Both the position numbers and the translations under genes were made by a program. The notes under the pieces are model-generated. The model saw only the letters and a program-made list of their open reading frames with translations. It was not told the DNA's origin and made no database searches. From a virus: a stretch of 64,000 nt of DNA. Location: the IMG/VR virus record IMGVR_UViG_3300029915_000731, positions 1-64,000 of that record; one strand, given 5' to 3'. Of the stretch, positions 55,932 through 64,000 are shown in pieces (position 1 is the stretch's first letter; each line of letters opens with the position of its first letter).

Positions 55932-58900
55932 TGGGTACAATCGCAGCAGCAATTGTTAATCTCGATTCACAGGTAATGTCGGCGGTTAGGTCGTTGACGA
56001 CGGCCACACCCCCCTCTATATCGGGCTCAGGCGGTCCAGTCCCTCTGCCCAACGAACTATGGCCGATTCAGGTTCAAAAGGACATCAATACACTTCGCAA
56101 GAAGCTCAATCCGATGGGCGACCCCGCGATTGAGAAATACTACCATGAGGCACTTGAACAAGGTCGTTTATGTGAGAAGTCAATTGCCGACGCCCAGCAT
56201 TGGCTTAATCAGAAACAAGCGCTCCTTTTTAAACATATTCAGCACTGGCTCGGGTTGAATACCCTTGCGGTGGACGGCAAACTTTCAGACAAACCGAGAG
56301 CCGTCAGATATACTGCCGACAGCCTCCGGTTCCTTCAGCAGATTAACCAATTTCAGAAGGAGATCGTCGGTCTCATCCAAGCGGTGACGACCAATATCGG
56401 GATTCTTGTCTCGATGATGAACAACATGGTGGGTATGATTCAGGCAAACCTGAACGCACTCGCTGCATTGATGGCTGAAATTTGTAACTGGGGTCTCCCT
56501 AAGATACCCGCACTTCCCAACTTTTTCAAAGACACTATCTGGCATTTCAACGGATTTAATTTTTTCCCCTTGGCTATGTTTAAGATGCCGCACCTGTCTT
56601 TAGCCAACTTCTCCAACTTTTCTTTTGCTCAATGCAATATGGGTTTACCTAGTTCACCAAATGGCACGCCAGCTATCAATACGCTAACTCCTCCTGATTC
56701 AATGACCACGCAGGATGGGCTTACTTTCGGTACCCCGCTGTTCGTCCCCCCACTGGGTGGGCTTACCACCGACGCCGCAGCAGCCTCTACTCCTGCGGTT
56801 CCCTTGAGTAATACCACCATTCCAATTATCGACCCTACGGTGTGGAACGCCGATGCGACCCCGATGTGGGGTGCTGTCCCCGACCCGGCAACTATTGTGT
56901 CGGCCTACGAGATGCCAGCGGCTGTATATTCAGAAAATATTGTTTCAATTGTTCCTTCGTTGCGGAGCAATACCATCGAATCAACTGACAGTGACTATAG
57001 CAACCCGAACTACACGACTCGAAACGCAGCTCTACGGGTTGCATTAGTTGAGAACATCACCCTTGCCAACGTCGTAGCATCCAACTATGACCCCTACATT
57101 ACTTCAGCGTGGTTGATTTACTTGAATACCACTCGCACTTCACGACTAGGGAATTGGATTCAGAATTTTGAAGTGCAATATGCGACCTCTATCTCCCCCT
57201 CCTTGGTGGCATTGAGTAATGTGGTTCCTTGGAATAACACGGTATCAGTGCCGACCCCGGTGCTGCCGTTGGTGTCTACCCTCACCACCATGGAAACCCC
57301 CGCGAAAGGGAACTTACTGTGGCGGTTGTCTTACATTGAAGCCGCTCTGTTAGGCTATACCCGCTGCCAGCTTTGGGACGGGTATGCCGATACGACTTAC
57401 CTCTCTGGATACACGGGAGCGAATCTGGATTATGTTGCCTCGACCATTTCGAGTGCCACCACCACGGTTCTTTTAGGTGACGGTCAGGCAGAATACCCGG
57501 TAAGCTGTACATACCCTTCATCCATCAGTGGGGCGCTGCAACAGGTCATTACGATGGCCAACACAAACATTGTGAATACTCTAGACTACCAGAGTAAGCA
57601 GCCGCGCTTCCGCTACATCTACAACCAGTTTGCAGAAGCAGTTGAAGTAGATCGCTTCAGTCAATTTTGGAGAGAGTTTAACTCCAACTTGCAGAGCCTG
57701 TTGGCGAAAGACCCTTATTTGGTACAGTTCGTTGTGACTTATCCGGCCTCACTGGACTCGGCAATCGACCCACTAGGTAGCCCGGTGATATTCAACAACC
57801 TCAACGCCGATGCAGCCTCTCGTAATCGGACTTGGGTGCCGGGTTACTCCCTACTCAATCTCCCGATTGCCCCCCCGGTTGTTTACATGGGGGATGGTTC
57901 GGACGGAAGTAATGGGTACACCGGAAACGCCAGCGGGTGGAACGGTGACCTATTTGACCCGACCACATTTTTGGAACGTCCTGATGTTCAAGCACTCTCC
58001 ATTCCAGAGCAGATGGCCATGGTCAGCACGAATCAAACCTACGCCAGTCTCCTTTTGGCGAAGCAGGATATGCTGGATACCGCAGTTGCTCAGATTACAA
58101 ACTCACAAGCAGTGCTCACCAGTTTGCTTAACATGGGATTCAAGGTGGAGTCCTCAGGGACAACTGTCATTCCTGTGGGCAGCATGACGACTTCAGTCGT
58201 GCTCGACGTTATCGACTATGACCTAACGAATAACGCCACCAGCCCCACCTCATTCACCATGCAAGCGGCAGGAAGCTACGCGGTTGCAGGACAGTTGAAT
58301 TGGTCTTCTGGAGATGCAGGAACCCGGACGGTCACCGTTCTTCAGAATGGGGTGGCTATCATGACGGCCTCCATTGACACCAACACCGACCCCATTCAAC
58401 TGCCGTTCTCTACGACGGCCAGCGTTGCTATTGGGGACATCATCACATTGGAGGCAAGTCACAATCTGACGACGGCGCAGCAGATTACCACGGGGAGTTA
58501 CCTCACTGTGATGCAGTACGACCCCGACCAATCCGCCGCCCAGCTCTCGACTTCCTCAAGCAACACCTTGACAGGCACGGTGACTTTTACCGCCGATGCC
58601 GCTATTCCAGCCCTCACCGCTGTTCAGGTGGGGCTTGATGGCAAGGTTACCATCCTCAACCCCACTGTAATCGCTACGGATAGCAACGGGGTCACTTTAG
58701 CCCCTCTAGTAGATGGAATCACTACCGCAGCCGTCGCCGCAGGCGGGCAGGTCTCCGCAGCTAATGCCTATGGCGGGGTGTATCAGGTCTCAGGTGCCTC
58801 ATTCACTATTGGCGGCCTACTCTATGTCGGCTCGAATGGTGTGCTGACGCAGGATTTTACCAGTGTGCAGCAGGACTGCTCTTGGGTCATCTGTGTCGGA

Positions 58901-58969
58901 AGAGCCACGGCCACCGACACATTCATCTATACACCCCAACTACCGAACCGGGTTGTCCTGACGTTCTAG
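55931..58969 (+). CDS. Virion structural protein with beta-rich C-terminal domains
   Basis: 1012 aa; FTMQAAGSYAV C1q-like segment; G..YVG..G.LT terminal domain. Confidence 0.65.
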   Translation: MGTIAAAIVNLDSQVMSAVRSLTTATPPSISGSGGPVPLPNELWPIQVQKDINTLRKKLNPMGDPAIEKYYHEALEQGRLCEKSIADAQHWLNQKQALLFKHIQHWLGLNTLAVDGKLSDKPRAVRYTADSLRFLQQINQFQKEIVGLIQAVTTNIGILVSMMNNMVGMIQANLNALAALMAEICNWGLPKIPALPNFFKDTIWHFNGFNFFPLAMFKMPHLSLANFSNFSFAQCNMGLPSSPNGTPAINTLTPPDSMTTQDGLTFGTPLFVPPLGGLTTDAAAASTPAVPLSNTTIPIIDPTVWNADATPMWGAVPDPATIVSAYEMPAAVYSENIVSIVPSLRSNTIESTDSDYSNPNYTTRNAALRVALVENITLANVVASNYDPYITSAWLIYLNTTRTSRLGNWIQNFEVQYATSISPSLVALSNVVPWNNTVSVPTPVLPLVSTLTTMETPAKGNLLWRLSYIEAALLGYTRCQLWDGYADTTYLSGYTGANLDYVASTISSATTTVLLGDGQAEYPVSCTYPSSISGALQQVITMANTNIVNTLDYQSKQPRFRYIYNQFAEAVEVDRFSQFWREFNSNLQSLLAKDPYLVQFVVTYPASLDSAIDPLGSPVIFNNLNADAASRNRTWVPGYSLLNLPIAPPVVYMGDGSDGSNGYTGNASGWNGDLFDPTTFLERPDVQALSIPEQMAMVSTNQTYASLLLAKQDMLDTAVAQITNSQAVLTSLLNMGFKVESSGTTVIPVGSMTTSVVLDVIDYDLTNNATSPTSFTMQAAGSYAVAGQLNWSSGDAGTRTVTVLQNGVAIMTASIDTNTDPIQLPFSTTASVAIGDIITLEASHNLTTAQQITTGSYLTVMQYDPDQSAAQLSTSSSNTLTGTVTFTADAAIPALTAVQVGLDGKVTILNPTVIATDSNGVTLAPLVDGITTAAVAAGGQVSAANAYGGVYQVSGASFTIGGLLYVGSNGVLTQDFTSVQQDCSWVICVGRATATDTFIYTPQLPNRVVLTF

Positions 58970-58998
58970 TTTTACCAATATTGAACTCTAAGTAGAAG

Positions 58999-59034
58999 AA
59001 CTAAGTGGGTTTAGATATAACCACTTAGTTTTTT
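58999..59034 (+). terminator. Intrinsic terminator
   Basis: AACTAAGTGG...CCACTTAGTT-TTTT. Confidence 0.7.
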
Positions 59035-59139
59035 CTATGGACAAAAGAACCAACACCACCGTAGAATTAAGGTATTAGAAGTAGGAAGAAACTACGGTCA
59101 AAAGGAGCTATACGAGCACTCAATTCATTTGCAACCAAA

Positions 59140-59742
59140 ATGAAACCACTCGCTATGAAGAATTCAAAGCTACTTGTAGCCTTACTCATTTCTATTGTCT
59201 TTGGGACGACGGTTAGCGTCCTCGTGCATCAAAACCGGAGCCTCGCCCATCGACTCCACCAAAGAGATACTCAGAGGGACGAGGAACTTACCAGAACCAA
59301 AACCGAGTTAGTCCAGACCAAGAAACTCCTCGCACTGGCTCAACAGAAACTCGGATACCTCGACAAGCATAAGACTGATGTGCAGTTGACAGCATTTACT
59401 GCCATGCCCGGAAGTACCCAGTTTGCCAGTGGCCGCTCTATCCATCATGCTTACGCTGTACAGAAGCCAGCACTGCCGGGGGATGCTATTGTGAATGTGG
59501 CTCTCTCCCCCAGCGCTCGACTCAGGTTGAACGCAAAATTCAACGACTTGTTGGTGATTACGGATAAGCGGAGCCATCAGAGGACGGTTGCAAGGTTTGT
59601 GGATACCACAGTTTCCACTGAGAGCCGCTCAGTCATCGACGTTTTCTTTGCCGACCAAAGGACGGCTCAACGATGGGGACGCCGTCACGATTATGTTGCA
59701 GTTAACATTTCTGCGGCGGATTCCCCATTTAAAGGGTACTAG
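59140..59742 (+). CDS. Membrane-anchored 3D-domain (MltA-like) cell-wall protein
   Basis: N-terminal TM, coiled coil, LTAF, VALSP, FVDT, IDVFF...A..WGR. Confidence 0.65.
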   Translation: MKPLAMKNSKLLVALLISIVFGTTVSVLVHQNRSLAHRLHQRDTQRDEELTRTKTELVQTKKLLALAQQKLGYLDKHKTDVQLTAFTAMPGSTQFASGRSIHHAYAVQKPALPGDAIVNVALSPSARLRLNAKFNDLLVITDKRSHQRTVARFVDTTVSTESRSVIDVFFADQRTAQRWGRRHDYVAVNISAADSPFKGY

Positions 59743-59792
59743 TAGGTTATAATCTCTTCGTTGGTTGAAGAGGGGTCAGGTAGGAGACCAAA

Positions 59793-60038
59793 GTGCGTAT
59801 CATAATCATGCAGGACGAGCTGTACCTCTATCTTAAGAACGTAGTCAAGAACTACGCCAACAGCGGCATTGACCCGGAAGAGGGTCTTGCTCTCTACCAC
59901 CTTAATCAGGTCGTCAAGAATGCTCAGTCGGTGGATGACTCACAGGCGGCGAAGGTCGCCATCTCTGAGGACGAGTCAAAGGCGATGGTCAGTGTAGTCC
60001 CAGCAGCGGCTGACACTGACCCACAGGGGATCGCTTAA
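59793..60038 (+). CDS. Hypothetical protein
   Basis: AGGAG SD, 81 aa. Confidence 0.6.
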   Translation: MRIIIMQDELYLYLKNVVKNYANSGIDPEEGLALYHLNQVVKNAQSVDDSQAAKVAISEDESKAMVSVVPAAADTDPQGIA

Positions 60039-60826
60039 TCCAGTAACTTGGTTAGGTCTATAGGGGTTTCATGGACTATACCACGTCTACACGCCACTGC
60101 GCCCCTCCTAGAGAGGGCGTCCCAAACGTATTGAGGGTTGGATAGCACACTCCTCTCGTAAGCGTAATAAAGGAGAAGTCTGGCCATCGGGTCAGTCTGG
60201 GTAACTACCTCCCACATACCTGCACATTTTAGGTTGTTGTTATGAGTGAAATCGAGAACCCCCGTGATGTCAGGGTCTGCCCCGGCTGGTAGCGGTTTGA
60301 CTTTCCCCCGCGTGTTTTGCATTCCGCCAGATTGATTTACTGTATCGAAAAAAAAGGCCTGTACACGGGTGCTGTCAGTGTGGTCTGGGACATACTCAGC
60401 GGCCAGTACCTTCGCCCGCTGCAAAATCGTTGTAATTGCCAACTGTGTCTGAGCTGCAATTGATTCTGGCTGGTTGAGTAGATTCTTCCAGCAAACCTCA
60501 GCGGCTGGGTCTACCTGAGTGGAGCCTGCGGCGATGTAGTGGTCTAGGCACCATTGGATAGCCTCGGCGGGTTTGAGCACCGCGAAGTGGTGAATATCGG
60601 AACGGAAGAAAGTCTGCATTTTATCCCACCCCATTAAGGCGGCGATACTCTGCAATAACTGTTGCAAGGTTCCTTGGCCAGCATTCCACTGTAAAATCCC
60701 TGCGCTCAACCCCTGCCCATCACTTGCTCCAGTGAGGCCGTCATATTTTGGGGTTCCGTTTTCAAACACCCCTGTTACATTCAAGCATATATCCAACATT
60801 GTTTTGTCATCCATAACACCCCCCAA
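60035..60826 (-). CDS. Putative endolysin (lysozyme-like fold)
   Basis: FE...DGQGLSAGILQWN, FFDT.NQSG. Confidence 0.65.
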   Translation of the reverse strand: MGGVMDDKTMLDICLNVTGVFENGTPKYDGLTGASDGQGLSAGILQWNAGQGTLQQLLQSIAALMGWDKMQTFFRSDIHHFAVLKPAEAIQWCLDHYIAAGSTQVDPAAEVCWKNLLNQPESIAAQTQLAITTILQRAKVLAAEYVPDHTDSTRVQAFFFDTVNQSGGMQNTRGKVKPLPAGADPDITGVLDFTHNNNLKCAGMWEVVTQTDPMARLLLYYAYERSVLSNPQYVWDALSRRGAVACRRGIVHETPIDLTKLLD

Positions 60827-60831
60827 ATAAG

Positions 60832-61803
60832 TTACCTATTACCCTCGTTCAGAAATTTACTTTTCCATCGGTCTTGAGTTTCGGCCCCACCAAACTGTAG
60901 TGGCTGTTGCTTCCAAGCTTTGATTCGAGATTCAATTTCAGGGATGGTAGCTTTGATTCCCCCAATGTCGCGGCGTAGTAGTGCTTGGGCGGTCACAAGA
61001 GCCTTTTCAAAGCCGTCCTCGCCCCGTTTGTAGACGCAGGGGACATCGTGGCTGTAACCGAAACGCTGCTCTTTCTCCCGCTTTGTGCCGTTCACTGAAT
61101 TCACCTTGCCAGCTTCCATATTAGCGAGGGTTTCTTTGGCACGTTGGAGACTGTGCTTCAAGGCGGCGACAAACTCAACAGCCCCCTCGGGCGATAGCTC
61201 CCACGCTGTGCATCCAGCCCCGAAGCAGATGCCGTTTCTCATACCCCACTTCAGCTCATAGCCATGGGCGACCATCTTCCCATCGAAGGTCAACTTCTGC
61301 CGACGCATGCAGACCGGGCATACTCCCGTGTTCTGTTTGTCACGTTCAATCTGAATCTTTTGTTTGTCGGTGAGGACTGGTGGTTTGCGGCCTTTGACAA
61401 TGTATGGCTTTGCGTTCTTAACCATCTCAGCTAGGGCTGCGCCCTCTTCCATCACTTGGAGAACAACGTCGATGTAACCTTCACCCTTAAATTTCTGGAG
61501 CTTCTTGACGGCACCCGGAAGATTGTTAAATTGCGGAGTGTAGATGATACTCCAACGGGGATCAGTGTTATCCCATGTTGGGTGGCCTTCACCCTCGCCG
61601 CGACGGATACCCCGCGAGGTCTCTTGTGCATACTCAATGGCCTCACCTACAACCCGTGAAATGTTCTCCCTAGCGGCCACAAAATCTTGGTTGAAGATTT
61701 GCTGGTTGGCGACCCCGGAAGTGAGTGCATTCTTAGCTGCGGGGAAGTTCTTAGCGTGACGGCTGCTGGCGGCGAAAGCGTCAATCTTGGGTGTTTCAAT
61801 CAT
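60832..61803 (-). CDS. Hypothetical protein with Zn-finger
   Basis: GVCPVC...MVAHGY...CFG. Confidence 0.7.
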   Translation of the reverse strand: MIETPKIDAFAASSRHAKNFPAAKNALTSGVANQQIFNQDFVAARENISRVVGEAIEYAQETSRGIRRGEGEGHPTWDNTDPRWSIIYTPQFNNLPGAVKKLQKFKGEGYIDVVLQVMEEGAALAEMVKNAKPYIVKGRKPPVLTDKQKIQIERDKQNTGVCPVCMRRQKLTFDGKMVAHGYELKWGMRNGICFGAGCTAWELSPEGAVEFVAALKHSLQRAKETLANMEAGKVNSVNGTKREKEQRFGYSHDVPCVYKRGEDGFEKALVTAQALLRRDIGGIKATIPEIESRIKAWKQQPLQFGGAETQDRWKSKFLNEGNR

Positions 61804-61810
61804 GATAATC

Positions 61811-62338
61811 CTATACGGGCACTACTGTTTCAAGGTATACCCGGTCTTGGGCGAGGTCTAAATTCACGACGAGAGTACCGTTAATAGCGATAGAGCCAGG
61901 ATCAGGGTTATAGATGACTGAGATAACGCCGTTAGCATAGGTCAAACCCCGTGGCTGAAACCCTTGAAGCGTCTGGCTGTACGAGTGGGCGATGCTCCCT
62001 AATGCAAAATTGTTGGACAAAGCGTAACTGTCTGAGAGTAAGGCCAGTAGCCAAAGGTTCAAATTGTGTGATGTTTCATCTAAAACGGCTAAAGAGGTAT
62101 TTGAAAGTAGGAGGAGTACGGAATTTGGAAACGCCGCACTACTTCCTCGATAGCTCCCGAAGGGCTCAGTTGCCCACGAGGCGGAGGCGGGGGTTACTTG
62201 GCCGTTGGAATAGAGAAACCCATCAGCGGCGTAGCCATTATATGACGGCTGCAACTCAGGGTTGTAAAACACATCATTGTTTTTTTTCTCGATGCTTAGG
62301 GTAGCAATGATGCTTTGACTTAGGTAGTTGAATGGCAT
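61811..62338 (-). CDS. Hypothetical protein
   Basis: GAGGT SD, 175 aa. Confidence 0.65.
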   Translation of the reverse strand: MPFNYLSQSIIATLSIEKKNNDVFYNPELQPSYNGYAADGFLYSNGQVTPASASWATEPFGSYRGSSAAFPNSVLLLLSNTSLAVLDETSHNLNLWLLALLSDSYALSNNFALGSIAHSYSQTLQGFQPRGLTYANGVISVIYNPDPGSIAINGTLVVNLDLAQDRVYLETVVPV

Positions 62339-62515
62339 TTTGACCTCAAATTTTCCGTGCTCCGCAGTTTTGAATACGTGGACAAGAAATTGGTCAACAT
62401 ATGGTTTTCATCCAATTGCAGGTACCACCTATGAAGCGGTTAGTCTAAAAACTGAACAAACAATTGCATACCTTTTGACTACCAAACCCATTAAAGAAGA
62501 CCACAGGACTCATCT

Positions 62516-64000
62516 ATGTCAATCAATTTTCCAAATGTAGTTTCTAGAACGTTAGACCCATCGGGAAAGTCCCTCCTAACTGTGGTCGGTCTTCATGACC
62601 GACAGCTTTCTGATGCCGACCTCAACCTGATTCAATCTCTTCAGGATTCGAAGCGACAGAAGCTAGTCAGCAACATGGCGACCTCTGGATGTTTGACCTA
62701 TGCTCCTTTTCAGTTTGTCCCCAGTATCGACAACACGTTCTTGATTCCCCAATTCGACGTGCTCTTCAACGGTGAAGTCGTCACCATTGCAGGTCACCTG
62801 TCGGACGACCCCACCCTCAACCGGGTTGTGATTCCTCAGCCGACCTCTTGGATAGCGGGTCAGACTTCTGAACCAGCGGCTATATACGTTGTTTTCTTGG
62901 AGATGTGGTATCAGAACCTCGACCCATCAACGGGCGAGGGGTATCTCCTAGACCCCTTTGATTCCACTCAATATTTCTACTACCCCTACGGGTGTGTGAA
63001 CCCCGATTTGAACTCCGCCATTGCGGGGCCGAATGCCATGCCGGATGATGCCATCGACATCTTCGACAGCGGTCTTCAGACCACTCAGCGTGCCCAGATT
63101 CAGTGGCGTTTCAACGTCCAGCGGGTCGCCCTGACCTATGATTTCACCCAGTATAGCTTCGGCCTTCAACCAGGAGCCCGCCCAACTGAGATAGTGTATG
63201 CACAAGCTCAGCCACAAGGCGGCTCAACTCCCATCATTGATTCTGGATACACGTATTGGAACCAAGGAGATACGAGTTCATCCAACCCTCATTTCACAGG
63301 AGATACGGGGCTATGGGCGGCTGGTGATGTCACTCAAGGGACAATTAACTCCCTCAACACGTTAGACGGCTTGAGCTATGCCCTCCCGATGGCCATTGTC
63401 TGCCAGAAAAACACGGGGAACTTTAATGTTCAGACCAACCCATTCGGCTGTGGAAATTCATCAAACGCCTCGCTTTCCGGGAGATACGACCAAAAGCTAG
63501 CTACTCAGATTTTTGCTGAGGATGTAGTCGATACCCGGCAGACAGTGAGCCTCAACGGCTGGGACTACGAAGACCTGCTGCGTGGCGGCTTCGTGGATGT
63601 CATCTCAGGGAACTGCCGTCTTGCCATCTCTCGCGGTATCTCACCGGGTATGGATAGTCGGGCGTTGGGTTCGGCTTTGGATTACTATGTTTCGGTGGCT
63701 CCTTCAACCTCCCCCGTACTCAACACAGATGAAATTGGACAGTGGGACGGCTACGCCAATGGCTTCAGTTCCGATCAACGTACCTTCTATGTTACTCAGC
63801 AGGTGACCAAAGCGGGTAACAACCAGACATGGGTGACAGGGGGTTTCAATCCCGACACGTTCAACTTGAGTTTACCCGGCCAGAGTTCAGCCACCATCTC
63901 GTCCGCTGTAGTGCAAGCATTCAACACACAGGGTAACGTGAAGGTTCCAGTGACTCTACAGCCCGGTCAAATCACCATAACAGGCATAGGGTCTAAGCAG
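62516..64000 (+). CDS. Large virion structural protein, runs off window end
   Basis: MSINFPNVVSRTLDP...LSDADLNLIQ...VFLEMWY...QRAQIQWR; absent from ORF track because no stop in window. Confidence 0.75.
   Translation, partial: MSINFPNVVSRTLDPSGKSLLTVVGLHDRQLSDADLNLIQSLQDSKRQKLVSNMATSGCLTYAPFQFVPSIDNTFLIPQFDVLFNGEVVTIAGHLSDDPTLNRVVIPQPTSWIAGQTSEPAAIYVVFLEMWYQNLDPSTGEGYLLDPFDSTQYFYYPYGCVNPDLNSAIAGPNAMPDDAIDIFDSGLQTTQRAQIQWRFNVQRVALTYDFTQYSFGLQPGARPTEIVYAQAQPQGGSTPIIDSGYTYWNQGDTSSSNPHFTGDTGLWAAGDVTQGTINSLNTLDGLSYALPMAIVCQKNTGNFNVQTNPFGCGNSSNASLSGRYDQKLATQIFAEDVVDTRQTVSLNGWDYEDLLRGGFVDVISGNCRLAISRGISPGMDSRALGSALDYYVSVAPSTSPVLNTDEIGQWDGYANGFSSDQRTFYVTQQVTKAGNNQTWVTGGFNPDTFNLSLPGQSSATISSAVVQAFNTQGNVKVPVTLQPGQITITGIGSKQ

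Overview
A 64-kb segment of a large (jumbo-like) tailed phage genome with a probable contractile tail, read in the standard genetic code. An Acidobacteriota host is tentatively inferred from the histone-like ORF at the left edge. Positions ~340-41715 are almost all minus strand and carry accessory genes, PhoH with a class-3 intein, an SbcD/split-SbcC/RecA/RuvC/DnaQ/SSB/HU recombination block, a DinG helicase, an ECF sigma factor, class II RNR, and a DnaC-like loader, initiator and DnaB helicase. From ~41867 the plus strand carries tail, baseplate and lysis genes. There are two tRNA operons: operon 1 (3234-4826) has 7 Leu and 2 Tyr tRNAs; operon 2 (28886-32984) has 12 tRNAs for Val, Ala, Gly, Asp, Glu and Cys, plus RNase P RNA and a release-factor homolog. 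Main discovery: each operon is preceded by a sigma70 promoter, a short leader peptide whose codons match the tRNAs downstream, and a mutually exclusive antiterminator/terminator. This looks like codon-sensing transcription attenuation that turns on phage tRNAs when the matching host tRNAs are depleted or cleaved. The release-factor gene appears gated by stop-codon bypass (a CUU-UAG +1 shifty stop and an in-frame UGA). Operon 2 and its upstream region hold seven CRISPR-like repeats (two mini-arrays, two solitary units) with no cas genes, and both operons contain unassigned tRNA-like RNAs. All protein calls come from motifs recognised by eye; no database searches or folding computations were run.
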